A stretch of 64,000 nt of DNA. It comes from Clostridia bacterium. Its GTDB lineage: Bacteria; Bacillota; Clostridia; Oscillospirales; CAG-272. A program made the translations under genes and the position numbers. Shown here one piece after another: positions 1-9,160 of this stretch; position 1 is the stretch's first letter; each line of letters starts with the position of its first letter. The notes beneath the pieces are model-generated. The model ran no database searches. It was not told the origin of the DNA and was given only the letters and a program-made list of their open reading frames with translations. Location: positions 1,597-65,596 of the forward strand of contig JAFTLJ010000096.1 in the NCBI GenBank assembly GCA_017456005.1. The letters are read 5' to 3'.

Positions 1-97
1 CCGTCATTTCTTGCCGTCTTCTTTGCAGTATAGCGGTTTTTTTGCCGCTTTTCAAGCCCTTGCGGGTAAACTTAGTGTGAACGAATATGACAGCGCC

Positions 98-580
98 TCA
101 CGCCTCGGTGATCCGCTTGCCGCAAAGATGCTCCACCGACAGCGCTAAAAGCAGGGTGGCTTTGCCGAAATCGGCGATCTCTTTTTCCACGTAGCCGCCG
201 TCGGAGGTGAATTTTTCTGACAGTCTGCGGCAAACGGCTCTTACCGTCTCTTCATCGTCCACCACCTTGATCCGCCCGAAGACCACCAGGCTTTCAAAGC
301 GGTCTGCCCAGGGGAGGTGCTCGTCCTTTCCCCGCTCTGCCATCAGGCAAAAGGATGCCTTGTCACTTTCCCTTATGGCGTCGGCGCGGTGCCCTTTGCC
401 CCTTCCGCAGTGAAACCAGAGGAGCTTTTGCTCCTCGTCGTAAAAAAAGTTCATGGGCATCCCGTAGGGGTAGCCGTCCTGCCCGTTTACCGACAGCACG
501 CCCCGCTTTTCGCTTTTCAAAAGGGCGATGCACTCTTCAAGGCTTAACGCCTTGTTTTTTCTCTGTAGCTCCCGAAACAT
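98..580 (-). CDS. Pyridoxamine 5'-phosphate oxidase-like / NimA-type (5-nitroimidazole reductase-like) flavin-binding protein
   Basis: 160 aa; MFRELQRK start, GVLSVNGQDGYPYGMPMNF and FHC..GH motifs, ESLVVFGRI; resembles PNPOx/Nim family. Confidence 0.75.
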   Translation of the reverse strand: MFRELQRKNKALSLEECIALLKSEKRGVLSVNGQDGYPYGMPMNFFYDEEQKLLWFHCGRGKGHRADAIRESDKASFCLMAERGKDEHLPWADRFESLVVFGRIKVVDDEETVRAVCRRLSEKFTSDGGYVEKEIADFGKATLLLALSVEHLCGKRITEA

Positions 581-995
581 TTCTTTTTTCTCCTTTTTCC
601 TCGGTCTTTTCCCCGTTTTTTGCCTTTTTTGAAAGCGCGGGGCGCGCCAGCTCTCTTTCGATATACGCCATTAACAGATCCACGATCTTTTTCTGTTGCT
701 CTTCGTCAAGCGCCCTGCCCTTCTTCACCCGATACCACTTTTCAAGACACCCCCTGCAGCAGCAGGCGCAGGCGTGCTGGGCAACGAAGCAGGGATGCCC
801 CCGCATAGGGGTCTGCCTGCCGTCGTTTGGCGGCTCGGCGGGGGCAAGGCGGGTTCTTATAAAGTCGGCGCAGTGCCTTCTCACCGTATCCATCCCCACC
901 CTTTTGACGTACGCCCGATCGCTTTCCGACAGATGAAAGGAGGAGCGAAACGCCGAGCGCTCCAGGCGGTCAAGTGCCTCGTTGATGCTTGCCAT
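537..995 (-). CDS. DUF4186 family protein
   Basis: SAFRSSFHL, RLAPAEPPNDGRQTPMRGHPCFVAQHACACCCRGCLEKW signature; SD GGGGAAGGA; upstream minus-strand TTGACA-17-TATACT promoter at ~1031-1059. Confidence 0.85.
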   Translation of the reverse strand: MASINEALDRLERSAFRSSFHLSESDRAYVKRVGMDTVRRHCADFIRTRLAPAEPPNDGRQTPMRGHPCFVAQHACACCCRGCLEKWYRVKKGRALDEEQQKKIVDLLMAYIERELARPALSKKAKNGEKTEEKGEKRNVSGATEKKQGVKP

Positions 996-1180
996 ATCCT
1001 TCCCCCTTTTTTCTCTCGTTTTCTCCCTACAGTATACCCCGACGTTCCCCCAATGTCAAGACGGCAGAGGGGCAGAGAAGAAAAAAAGGTGAACCTCGCC
1101 TCTGCATTCTTAGCGGAGAAAACACGAACACCACCAAGGAAATCTCTTTGGTGGTGTTCTTTGTTGACGACGGCTAAGCA

Positions 1181-1205
1181 AAGCCTCCCTTGTGTAAAGG
1201 GAGCC
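1181..1205. repeat. Short palindromic REP/MITE-like repeat (CTCCCTTGTGTAAAGGGAG)
   Basis: Palindrome CTCCCTT-GTGTA-AAGGGAG; related copy on the opposite strand at 31411-31433. Confidence 0.55.
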
Positions 1206-1482
1206 TTATATGCGCCGTTCTTCTGCGGATAGTGGGTTCGGGCTTCTGCCCGATCGTGCGAGGATGTCCACGCGCTATGCTTGCCCCGGACGCCGGGCGT
1301 CGGGAAAGCGGAAAATGCGAGTTCGTAATTTGACTTTTTTATCTTTTTGTGTTAAACTATTGCTGTAAATATTAAAGCAAAAGTTGAATTGCGTTGGTAA
1401 ACTGCTTGGTGTAAAAGTTTAAAAAAGATATGTATAATTAGGGTACAAAAGCGCTTTTGAATTATCACAAAGGAGAATGATT

Positions 1483-2538
1483 ATGTCTATTGGAACTACA
1501 ATCAAAAAACTTCGTCGTGACAGAAATATCACACAGGAGCAGTTTGCTGAAATGTTGGGCGTTTCTACAAACGCTGTCTCGCAGTGGGAGTGCGACAAGA
1601 CCGCACCCGATATTTCACACCTTCCCGTGTTAGCAAATATTTTTGAGGTCAGCGCGGATGTCCTTCTTGAAATTGATATTGCCAAAAGCAAAAAGCAATC
1701 CGAGATCAAAGAATTTACAGCCAAGTACGCAGAATTTCACAGCCAAGGAAAAACAGAAGAAAGACTAAATCTCTGCCGTGCAATGCAGAAGAAATATCCA
1801 AACGACGAGACCGTGCGTTACTTCTTGATGAGAGTATTGCAAAACGGATATATCGACGAAAGCTTTGATGAGATTGTTATGCTCGGTGAACAGCTTATGG
1901 AATCCACCAATATGGAATATCGAATGGGAGCCATTCGCGGTCTGTGCTTTACCCATTTGCACAAGGGTAACAGAACTAAAGCTTTACAGTATGCGGATAT
2001 GATTCCTCCGACAGAAGATCTCCATTTACATGTTTTAGAAGGTAGTGAACTTGTAGAGCATTGTCAGAATTATTTCTGGAAGATTTGTGACAGAATGTAC
2101 CTCTACATGGCGTATTTGCTTGATTGCACGGAAGCCGGGTACACCCACGATGAAAAACATGAAATGTGGGATACTCTATACAATATGTTCCACATGATTT
2201 TCTCTAACCAGGATTTCGGATTTTGGCATGACCGCTTGGCTCGAATCAGCTTCTTTATGGCACTTGAAAGTGGGAAAGCAGGGACGTATGAAAAAGCAAT
2301 CTGTGAGCTTGAACAAATGCTTGCTCATATCGAAAGGGAACAAACCTTTACTAATATTTCACATTCGTCCTTGCTTGTCAATAGAATTAAAATCGATCAA
2401 ACCAATATTGCCAAGAGCAGCACAGAAACGCTCGGTCACGTTTATTTGAGATATCTCAATAACAATGATGCGGTGTTTGCCTCGATCAAGGATATGCCTC
2501 GCTATTTGAACATCAAAGAACGGCTTGCAGAGCTGTAA
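1483..2538 (+). CDS. XRE-family HTH transcriptional regulator with long helical (TPR-like) C-terminal region
   Basis: N-terminal IGTTIKKLRR..TQEQFAEMLGVSTNAVSQWE..PDI HTH_3 motif; SD AAGGAG 8 nt before ATG 1483; terminator GCCCCGC..GCGGGGC-TTTT follows the stop. Confidence 0.85.
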   Translation: MSIGTTIKKLRRDRNITQEQFAEMLGVSTNAVSQWECDKTAPDISHLPVLANIFEVSADVLLEIDIAKSKKQSEIKEFTAKYAEFHSQGKTEERLNLCRAMQKKYPNDETVRYFLMRVLQNGYIDESFDEIVMLGEQLMESTNMEYRMGAIRGLCFTHLHKGNRTKALQYADMIPPTEDLHLHVLEGSELVEHCQNYFWKICDRMYLYMAYLLDCTEAGYTHDEKHEMWDTLYNMFHMIFSNQDFGFWHDRLARISFFMALESGKAGTYEKAICELEQMLAHIEREQTFTNISHSSLLVNRIKIDQTNIAKSSTETLGHVYLRYLNNNDAVFASIKDMPRYLNIKERLAEL

Positions 2539-2703
2539 TGCTCGCCCCGCCACGCGCGGGGCTTTTCTTTGTTTCCTGCATATCAAAAGCCACCACGAAA
2601 AACGTGGTGGCTCATTTCAATTTTACCGCTAATTTTTCAGACCTTCCCCCGAGCTATTTTTTTGCTTGAATTATATTTATAAAGTTCTTTGAAAGGCTTT
2701 CTT

Positions 2704-4365
2704 TCAAGAAAGCGCGGTGGCTTTTGCCCATTCCACGATATTGCGTATGCCGGCTGTGCCTGTTTCTGCATAAGTTATGGTGAGAGTGTCGCCCTCGCGG
2801 ATAAAGAGAACGCTTTCATCCTCCGCAACGGAAACGCGGTAATAGTTGCCGTCGGAGCAAAGGAAATAGAAGAAAGAGTTGCCTTCTATAACGAGCTTTT
2901 CGATTTCTTTAACAGTTGTGTTTGCCAAGGTGTCTTCCGATGTGCCGCCGCTTATTCCGCTTTGTGAAAGGAGCTTTTTATATGCGTTCATGGCTTCTGC
3001 CTGTGTATCGCCTATGGCTACGATGCCAACCTGGCTTACGTTTACAAGTCCGTACTGCTTAACGTACCCGTTGGCATCCTTAAGCACCATAATGTACGTT
3101 GCCTCGCCCGATACGTTTATAAGCGCGGGGAAGGAGGCCTTGTAGTTCATGTGCTGGACCTCGCCCTCTGCCGCGTTCATAGCGGAGTATTCCTCTGCGC
3201 CCACAACGGAGTAATATTTATATTCGCCCGTGCGCGCGTTGGAAACGATAAAGCCTATATTGGAAGCGTCTGCCGTAACAGAGGTTACGCCCGTATAGTA
3301 CCATACGTCGTCGTCATACATAAGGTAGCCGAAATCGTCGGTAGTCTGCTTGCAGCCTTTGTTGCCGATAACGCTGTTCCAAAAGCCGCCGGAAAGAAGC
3401 CCGTGCCAGTTGTATTTATCCTCTGCAAGGTAGCCGTCGTAAACGATATCTATCCACTGCGGAACCTCGCCCACGGACACTTTTGTATGCGTGCCGTCGC
3501 ACGGGTTGAAGATGATCACTTCGGAAACGTCGTATGCGCCGAAAAGGCCTACTTTGGGTGTCATACAGGAAACTATGAAGTAGGGCGTGCCTTCTTCGTC
3601 TATTTCAAAGGCTATCGTGCCGAAAATTTTTGTGGGGTAATTGAAGCGGAGAGTGCGTAAAAGGTCGTCGCCGAAATAGCCGCTTTCCACATATTTTAAG
3701 GGTGTTGCGAGCTTCTTATATTCCGCCTTGTTGTTTACAGGGTCTACCATAATATATCCCGGAACGCCCTGCGCGCGATTGCCGAGCCATTTGAAGAAGC
3801 CGTCATATTCGAGGTTGGAAAGCTTCTGCGGTGTTCCGTGGTAGTTTATCTGGGTATAATTGCCGTTCACGATATACTGCGAAACAACGTCGGAAAGGTT
3901 GCCGAGCGCACGGTTGCCGATGGTAACGGCGGAATCGGAATCCATAAGCGCAATGTTGGTAACGCTGTTTGTTTCGGGCATATCCGTGGCGAAATCCGCC
4001 TCTTTTACGGAAATAACATCGGCATATCTTTTGGCGTTAAAAAACGTAGAGGAAACTATACTGCCTACTATAAGTACGGCTATGGGCAACGCCACAGCGG
4101 CGACCATTATTTTGAATTTCACAGTCCTTGTCTGCGGGGCGAACTCCACGCGAGTGGCGGAGCCGGGCAGGGAGTATACCTTAAAGAGCTTTGTGAGCCC
4201 GAAGGGCACGAGGTATATTGCCAGCACCGCTGTCAGGAAGATCCAGAATTCCGTGGAGCAGGGGTTGAGAGGCGGGAGGAAAATATAAAAGAGCAAGAAA
4301 ACGATTGCCGTGCTTACAAGAAGCTTTACTATTGCCGAAACGGCGGGGTTGATTTTTTTCATCAT
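2704..4365 (-). CDS. Conserved clostridial membrane protein (3 N-terminal TMs plus large extracytoplasmic domain)
   Basis: 553 aa ORF with SD GGAGG, hydrophobic N-terminus, motifs WYYTGVTS and GAEEYSAMNAAEGEVQ; function unknown. Confidence 0.75.
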   Translation of the reverse strand: MMKKINPAVSAIVKLLVSTAIVFLLFYIFLPPLNPCSTEFWIFLTAVLAIYLVPFGLTKLFKVYSLPGSATRVEFAPQTRTVKFKIMVAAVALPIAVLIVGSIVSSTFFNAKRYADVISVKEADFATDMPETNSVTNIALMDSDSAVTIGNRALGNLSDVVSQYIVNGNYTQINYHGTPQKLSNLEYDGFFKWLGNRAQGVPGYIMVDPVNNKAEYKKLATPLKYVESGYFGDDLLRTLRFNYPTKIFGTIAFEIDEEGTPYFIVSCMTPKVGLFGAYDVSEVIIFNPCDGTHTKVSVGEVPQWIDIVYDGYLAEDKYNWHGLLSGGFWNSVIGNKGCKQTTDDFGYLMYDDDVWYYTGVTSVTADASNIGFIVSNARTGEYKYYSVVGAEEYSAMNAAEGEVQHMNYKASFPALINVSGEATYIMVLKDANGYVKQYGLVNVSQVGIVAIGDTQAEAMNAYKKLLSQSGISGGTSEDTLANTTVKEIEKLVIEGNSFFYFLCSDGNYYRVSVAEDESVLFIREGDTLTITYAETGTAGIRNIVEWAKATALS

Positions 4366-4373
4366 AAACCTCC

Positions 4374-4712
4374 TCAGGTTATATTATCAGAATTATTAAA
4401 AACGGTTTCATCGAGCATATTGCCTTCGTCATCGAAAACGTATTCCTTCAGCTTTGTTTTTCCGTCGGTGTCGTAAACGGTAACCGTGGCTCCGCCGCCA
4501 CTGTTTTCGGTTACGGAGGCGTTGCAAACCACGCAGATGCCGTTGCTGCGGAATTCGTGCGGTGCTTCGTCTGTTTTTTTCTTGCATTCCGTGCATACGT
4601 GCCAGTGAGTATACTGATTTAAATGCCAATTTTCCACCGTGTGCCTGTGCCCGCAGGAAGCAAGCGAAAGCAACAGCGGAATGGCAAGGAATAAGGCTAG
4701 TAATTTCTTCAT
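4374..4712 (-). CDS. Small lipoprotein with His/Cys-rich motif
   Basis: MKK + hydrophobic stretch + LASC lipobox; HxH..HWHVCxxC..H..CxxC. Confidence 0.75.
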   Translation of the reverse strand: MKKLLALFLAIPLLLSLASCGHRHTVENWHLNQYTHWHVCTECKKKTDEAPHEFRSNGICVVCNASVTENSGGGATVTVYDTDGKTKLKEYVFDDEGNMLDETVFNNSDNIT

Positions 4713-4813
4713 GATTTAATATGCTCCCAAATAAAGTATATATTATATTATACACCATTTTAAGCGATAAATCAATAATGCCCGCGAAAAAACGCGGGCA
4801 TTAAAGCTATTAT

Positions 4814-6229
4814 TTATTTTTTTGCTTTCTTTTTTTCTTTAGGGACAACGTATGCTTTGGTTGCTTTGGCAACTACACCGCCAAGTGCAAAGAGCGCGAT
4901 GATGTTGGGCACAGCCATAAGCCCGTTGAAAATATCTGCAATGTTCCAAACAGCGGCAACCGTGAGGTAGGGACCTACAGCAACTGCGGCTATATAGAGG
5001 AAACGGTAAACGAGGCGAACCGCTTTGTTGCCGTGGGAAAGGTAATCGAGGCATTTTTCACCGTAGAAATCCCAGCCGAGTATAGTGGTGAAAGCGAAGA
5101 AAACGAGGCATACTGTGAGTATTGCCGTGGAAACCACCGTGGGGAAAGGAAGTGCTGTGGAAAAAGCGTCTATAGTGATGTCTACGCCTTCGAGCCCCTT
5201 GTTCCAAGAGCCTGCTATTATAACGGAAAGACCGGTGAGCGTGCAGATGACGATAGTGTCTATAAACGTGCCCGTCATTGTAACAAGGCCCTGGCGGCAA
5301 GCGTCTTTTGTCTGTGCGGAGGCTGTGGCGATGGGGGCGGAGCCGAGGCCGGCTTCGTTGGAGAAGATGCCGCGTGCCACACCCTTCTGCATGGCGATAA
5401 AGAGGCTGCCCACAACGCCGCCCGTTACGGCAGCGGGGTTGAATGCGCCCTCGAATATCTGCCAGATAGCTGCGGGGATAGCTGTTACGTTGAAGCAAAG
5501 AAGCGTTATGACCGTTACGGCATAGAGCATGGCCATAAAGGGAACTATAATTGTGGAAACAGAGGAAATGCCTTTTATACCGCCTATAACCACGAGCGCT
5601 GTGGCAATGGCGATGATCGCGCCGCCTATAACGACAGCCCAAGAATAGGAATTTTCGCCTATTGTAAATGCTATGCTTTCGCTGTTGGGGTCGAAGAGGT
5701 TTTTAACCGCAGATGAAATGCTGTTTACCTGCGTGAACGTGCCGATACCCATAAGCCCTGCAAGGGCTCCGAAGGCTGCGAAGAATTTTGCGAGCCAAAC
5801 CCATTTTTTGCCCATGCCTTTTTCTATGTAATAGAAGGGGCCGCCGGAGGGCTTGCCGTCTGCATCTATATGGCGGTATGTGATGGCGAGAAAGCCCTCT
5901 GCGTATTTGGTAGCCATACCGAGGAATGCCGCAACGAGCATCCAAAAGAGCGCGCCGGGGCCGCCTGCAGCGATAGCCGTGGCAACGCCTACGATGTTAC
6001 CTGTGCCTATCGTGGCGGAAAGCGCTATGCAAAGCGCAGAAAAGCTGGAAACCTCGCCCGTGCCGCCTTCTTCGTTTTTAACCATAAACTTCATTGAATT
6101 TTTAAAGTGCCTTATCTGCACAAAGCGTGTGCGGACGGTGAGATAAATACCTGCGGCAAGGATCAAAACTATGAGGGGTATACCCCATATGAAATCCGAA
6201 ACCGCTTTTGTAATATTATCGAGTGTCAT
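4814..6229 (-). CDS. Alanine/glycine:cation symporter (AGCS, AlsT-like)
   Basis: ATIGTGNIVGVATAIAAGGPGALFWM, GVARGIFSNEAGLGSAPI and FIDTIVIC motifs; SD AAGGAG. Confidence 0.93.
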   Translation of the reverse strand: MTLDNITKAVSDFIWGIPLIVLILAAGIYLTVRTRFVQIRHFKNSMKFMVKNEEGGTGEVSSFSALCIALSATIGTGNIVGVATAIAAGGPGALFWMLVAAFLGMATKYAEGFLAITYRHIDADGKPSGGPFYYIEKGMGKKWVWLAKFFAAFGALAGLMGIGTFTQVNSISSAVKNLFDPNSESIAFTIGENSYSWAVVIGGAIIAIATALVVIGGIKGISSVSTIIVPFMAMLYAVTVITLLCFNVTAIPAAIWQIFEGAFNPAAVTGGVVGSLFIAMQKGVARGIFSNEAGLGSAPIATASAQTKDACRQGLVTMTGTFIDTIVICTLTGLSVIIAGSWNKGLEGVDITIDAFSTALPFPTVVSTAILTVCLVFFAFTTILGWDFYGEKCLDYLSHGNKAVRLVYRFLYIAAVAVGPYLTVAAVWNIADIFNGLMAVPNIIALFALGGVVAKATKAYVVPKEKKKAKK

Positions 6230-6575
6230 GTGGTTTCTCCTTGAAAAAATGATAAAAATAAAAAATTATATTGAAATTGCCGCGCAAAAGATATATAATA
6301 ATTCTTGCTTGGCATCAGATGTGGAAAAGTATAACACAAATAATGCCGAAATTCAACAAAAAATTGCTTCTTCAAGCAAATTTGGCGTTAGATACAAAAA
6401 CTGCCAAAGAGATTTGGCGGCTGTGTTTTGAAAAGGAAACATAAGTCTTTCGGTGTACGTGCTTTGCGTACACGTGTATGCAAAGACGGAATTCGCACTA
6501 TTTATGCTTCGTTAAAAATGAAGCATAAGCGGTACAAAAAGAAAAATCCCATCGCAAAAACGATGGGAAATATTT

Positions 6576-6649
6576 TGGAGCGAGCGACGGGAATCGAACC
6601 CGCACATTCGGCTTGGGAAGCCGATGTTCTGCCACTAAACTACGCTCGC
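6576..6649 (-). tRNA. tRNA-Gly(CCC)
   Basis: Reverse complement GCGAGCGTAGTTTAGTGGCAGAACATCGGCTTCCCAAGCCGAATGTGCGGGTTCGATTCCCGTCGCTCGCTCCA forms a cloverleaf; anticodon CCC; encoded CCA. Confidence 0.95.
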
Positions 6650-6686
6650 GAAAACCAAAACAGCTCGGAAAACCGAGCTGAGTTGA

Positions 6687-6762
6687 TGGAGCTGGTGATG
6701 TGACTTGAACACACGACCTGCTGATTACGAATCAGCTGCACTACCGACTGTGCTACACCAGC
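6687..6762 (-). tRNA. tRNA-Thr(CGT)
   Basis: Reverse complement GCTGGTGTAGCACAGTCGGTAGTGCAGCTGATTCGTAATCAGCAGGTCGTGTGTTCAAGTCACATCACCAGCTCCA; anticodon CGT. Confidence 0.95.
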
Positions 6763-6863
6763 ATCTTTGCTAAAGCGATAATGATTGTAGCACAAAAAAA
6801 ACACTTTGTCAACCTCAATTTAAAAAATAATTTAAAAATTTTAATAAAAGCAAAGGAATATAA

Positions 6864-7718
6864 ATGAAACTGACCGATATGTCTTATGCCCACGAGGTTA
6901 TGGCGCGCCACGGCATAGCGCCGAAGAAAAAGTTTGGGCAAAACTTCCTTACATCAGATGCCGTAGTAAGCCACATAGCAGATACGCCGAGCGAGGATGC
7001 GGACGTGGGCGTGCTCGAAATAGGACCCGGCATAGGCACGCTTACAGAGGCGCTCGCGGAAAGATACAAAAAAGTGGTTTCCGTGGAAATAGACGAAACG
7101 CTCTTGCCCGTGCTTGCGGAAACCGTGGGCTGGCGTGAAAACGTGGAGATAGTAAACGGAGATGCCATGAAAATAGATTTTCCGGAATTTGTGCGTGAGC
7201 ATTTCGGCGATATGCGCGTGTGCGTTTGCGCAAATCTGCCATATTATATAACGTCACCGATTATTATGAAGATACTCGAATGCGGCGCTCTTTTTGAATC
7301 CGTAACGGTTATGATACAGAAAGAAGTGGCGGAACGCCTCTGTGCCAAAGCGGGAAGCGTCGATTACGGCGCGATAACCGTTTTTGCCGCTTACCTTGCA
7401 GATGTGGAAAAGTGCTTTAACGTGTCGCCCGGCAATTTTTTGCCGCAGCCGAAGGTTACGAGCGCGGTCATCCGCATGAAGCCGCACAAAACGCCGCCTG
7501 TGAGCGTTAAAAACCCCGAAAATATGCAAAAAATAATAAAAGCGGCGTTCGAACAGCGCAGAAAGATGCTGGCCGGTGCGCTTGCCGCCGCCACGGGCAG
7601 AGTGAGCAAGGCGCAGATATCGGAGAAAATAGCGGAGGCCGGCTTGCCGCAGGATGTGCGCGGCGAAAAGCTTTCGCTTGCGGATTTCGCACGCCTTTCA
7701 GATATACTTGAGATGTAG
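6864..7718 (+). CDS. rsmA: 16S rRNA m6,2A1518/1519 dimethyltransferase
   Basis: KKKFGQNFL, VLEIGPGIGTLT, ANLPYYITSPI and MIQKEVAERL motifs. Confidence 0.97.
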   Translation: MKLTDMSYAHEVMARHGIAPKKKFGQNFLTSDAVVSHIADTPSEDADVGVLEIGPGIGTLTEALAERYKKVVSVEIDETLLPVLAETVGWRENVEIVNGDAMKIDFPEFVREHFGDMRVCVCANLPYYITSPIIMKILECGALFESVTVMIQKEVAERLCAKAGSVDYGAITVFAAYLADVEKCFNVSPGNFLPQPKVTSAVIRMKPHKTPPVSVKNPENMQKIIKAAFEQRRKMLAGALAAATGRVSKAQISEKIAEAGLPQDVRGEKLSLADFARLSDILEM

Positions 7719-7732
7719 GAGTAAAACTTGAT

Positions 7733-9118
7733 ATGGACGAAAAACTTGAAAAATTTTCAGATTATATAAACGGCAAGACCGTGTCGCTTATCGGCGCGGG
7801 CGTGAGCAATATGGCGGCGGTGGATTTTCTGCTTTCCCGCGGCGCACGCCTTACAGTGCGCGATAAGCAAGAGGATGCGGAAAAAGCGGCGTTACTCGCC
7901 TCCAAAGGTGTAAAAACCGTTTTTGGCGAGGGCTATCTTGCCGATATGAGCGAAGACGTGCTCTTTAAATCCCCGGGTATACGCCCCGACGTGCCCGAAA
8001 TAGCGGCCGCCGCGGCAAGGGGAAGCGTGCTTACTTCCGAAATGGAAGTTTTCCTTGCGCTTTGCCCCTGCAAAATATACGCGGTTACGGGCAGCGACGG
8101 CAAAACGACCACAACAACGCTCGTTTCCGAAATATTAAAAAAAGAGCATGAAAAGCGCGGCGCGGGCAAGGTATACCTCGGCGGCAACATAGGCACGCCG
8201 CTGCTTCCTTTCCTTCCCGAAATGAGCGCGTGCGACACGGCGGTGGTGGAGCTTTCCAGCTTCCAGCTTTTTGCCATGAGCGCTCACGTGAACACGGCTA
8301 TTGTAACGAACGTAACGCCCAACCACCTCAACTGGCACGTGGATATGGAAGAATATATTTTTGCAAAGGCTAAAATTTTTGAAAACCATACCGCTTGCGA
8401 CCGCGTAGTTCTCAACGCGGAAAACGATGTGACGCGCGCCTTTGCGGAAAAAGCGAAAGGCGAAATCACGTTTTTTTCCTCACAACGCAAGCCAAAAGGA
8501 AAAAGCATTTACCTCGACGGCGACGAAATTTTCCACAACGACGGGGAAAAACTCACACATATTATGAGCCGTGCGGATATAAAGATACCGGGGATACACA
8601 ATGTGGAGAACTATATGGCGGCTATTGCGGCTACTTGGGGAGATGTAAGTCTTTCCTCTGTGCTGGAGGTAGCGCGCGGCTTCGGCGGTGTGGCGCACAG
8701 AATAGAGCTCGTGCGCGAGCATATGGGCGTGAAATACTACAACAGCTCCATAGACACAAGCCCTACGCGCACGGCGGCGGCGCTTAATTCCTTTAAAGAA
8801 AAGCTTATAGTTATTGTCGGCGGGTACGATAAAAAGATACCTCTGGAGCCTCTTGTTCCGCTCCTTACCGAGCACGCAAAATTTATAAGCGCTACGGGCG
8901 CTACGGGCGAAAAAATAATGAAACTTATGCTTGACAGCGGCTATCCTTGTGATAAAATAGTATATACGAAAGAATTCGACGGCGCTTTCCGCGCGGCGGT
9001 GAACGCCGCAAGCGAGGGCGACACGGTTATACTTTCGCCTGCTTGCGCAAGCTTCGATGCTTTCAAGAATTTTGAAACGAGAGGAAACTGTTTCAAAGAG
9101 CTCGTAAACGCGCTTTAA
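7733..9118 (+). CDS. murD: UDP-N-acetylmuramoyl-L-alanine--D-glutamate ligase
   Basis: KSPGI, AVTGSDGKTTTT, GGNIG, VELSSFQL, SPACASFD motifs. Confidence 0.95.
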   Translation: MDEKLEKFSDYINGKTVSLIGAGVSNMAAVDFLLSRGARLTVRDKQEDAEKAALLASKGVKTVFGEGYLADMSEDVLFKSPGIRPDVPEIAAAAARGSVLTSEMEVFLALCPCKIYAVTGSDGKTTTTTLVSEILKKEHEKRGAGKVYLGGNIGTPLLPFLPEMSACDTAVVELSSFQLFAMSAHVNTAIVTNVTPNHLNWHVDMEEYIFAKAKIFENHTACDRVVLNAENDVTRAFAEKAKGEITFFSSQRKPKGKSIYLDGDEIFHNDGEKLTHIMSRADIKIPGIHNVENYMAAIAATWGDVSLSSVLEVARGFGGVAHRIELVREHMGVKYYNSSIDTSPTRTAAALNSFKEKLIVIVGGYDKKIPLEPLVPLLTEHAKFISATGATGEKIMKLMLDSGYPCDKIVYTKEFDGAFRAAVNAASEGDTVILSPACASFDAFKNFETRGNCFKELVNAL

Positions 9119-9160
9119 AAAATGCAGAATTAAAAATATAACAGTACAAAGGAAAACAAA

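Larger units (their letters stand above)
1098..2636. mobile_element. Cassette A: putative non-autonomous element bounded by conserved ends, carrying an XRE-TPR regulator
   Basis: Left end GCCTCTGCATTC-TTAGCGGAGAAA (1098-1121) is 22/24 identical to 54242-54265; right end TTTTACCGCTAA-TTTT (2621-2636) matches 55482-55497; hairpins just inside both ends. Confidence 0.6.

Noticed and set aside
98-580. Functional metronidazole-resistance nim gene
   Set aside because: Only family-level resemblance; such PNPOx-like proteins are widespread and resistance cannot be inferred from sequence by eye
6230-6560. Glycine riboswitch or T-box upstream of the AGCS symporter; hairpins downstream of tRNA-Gly
   Set aside because: No glycine aptamer or T-box consensus visible; hairpins are explained by terminators and share no motif with other elements
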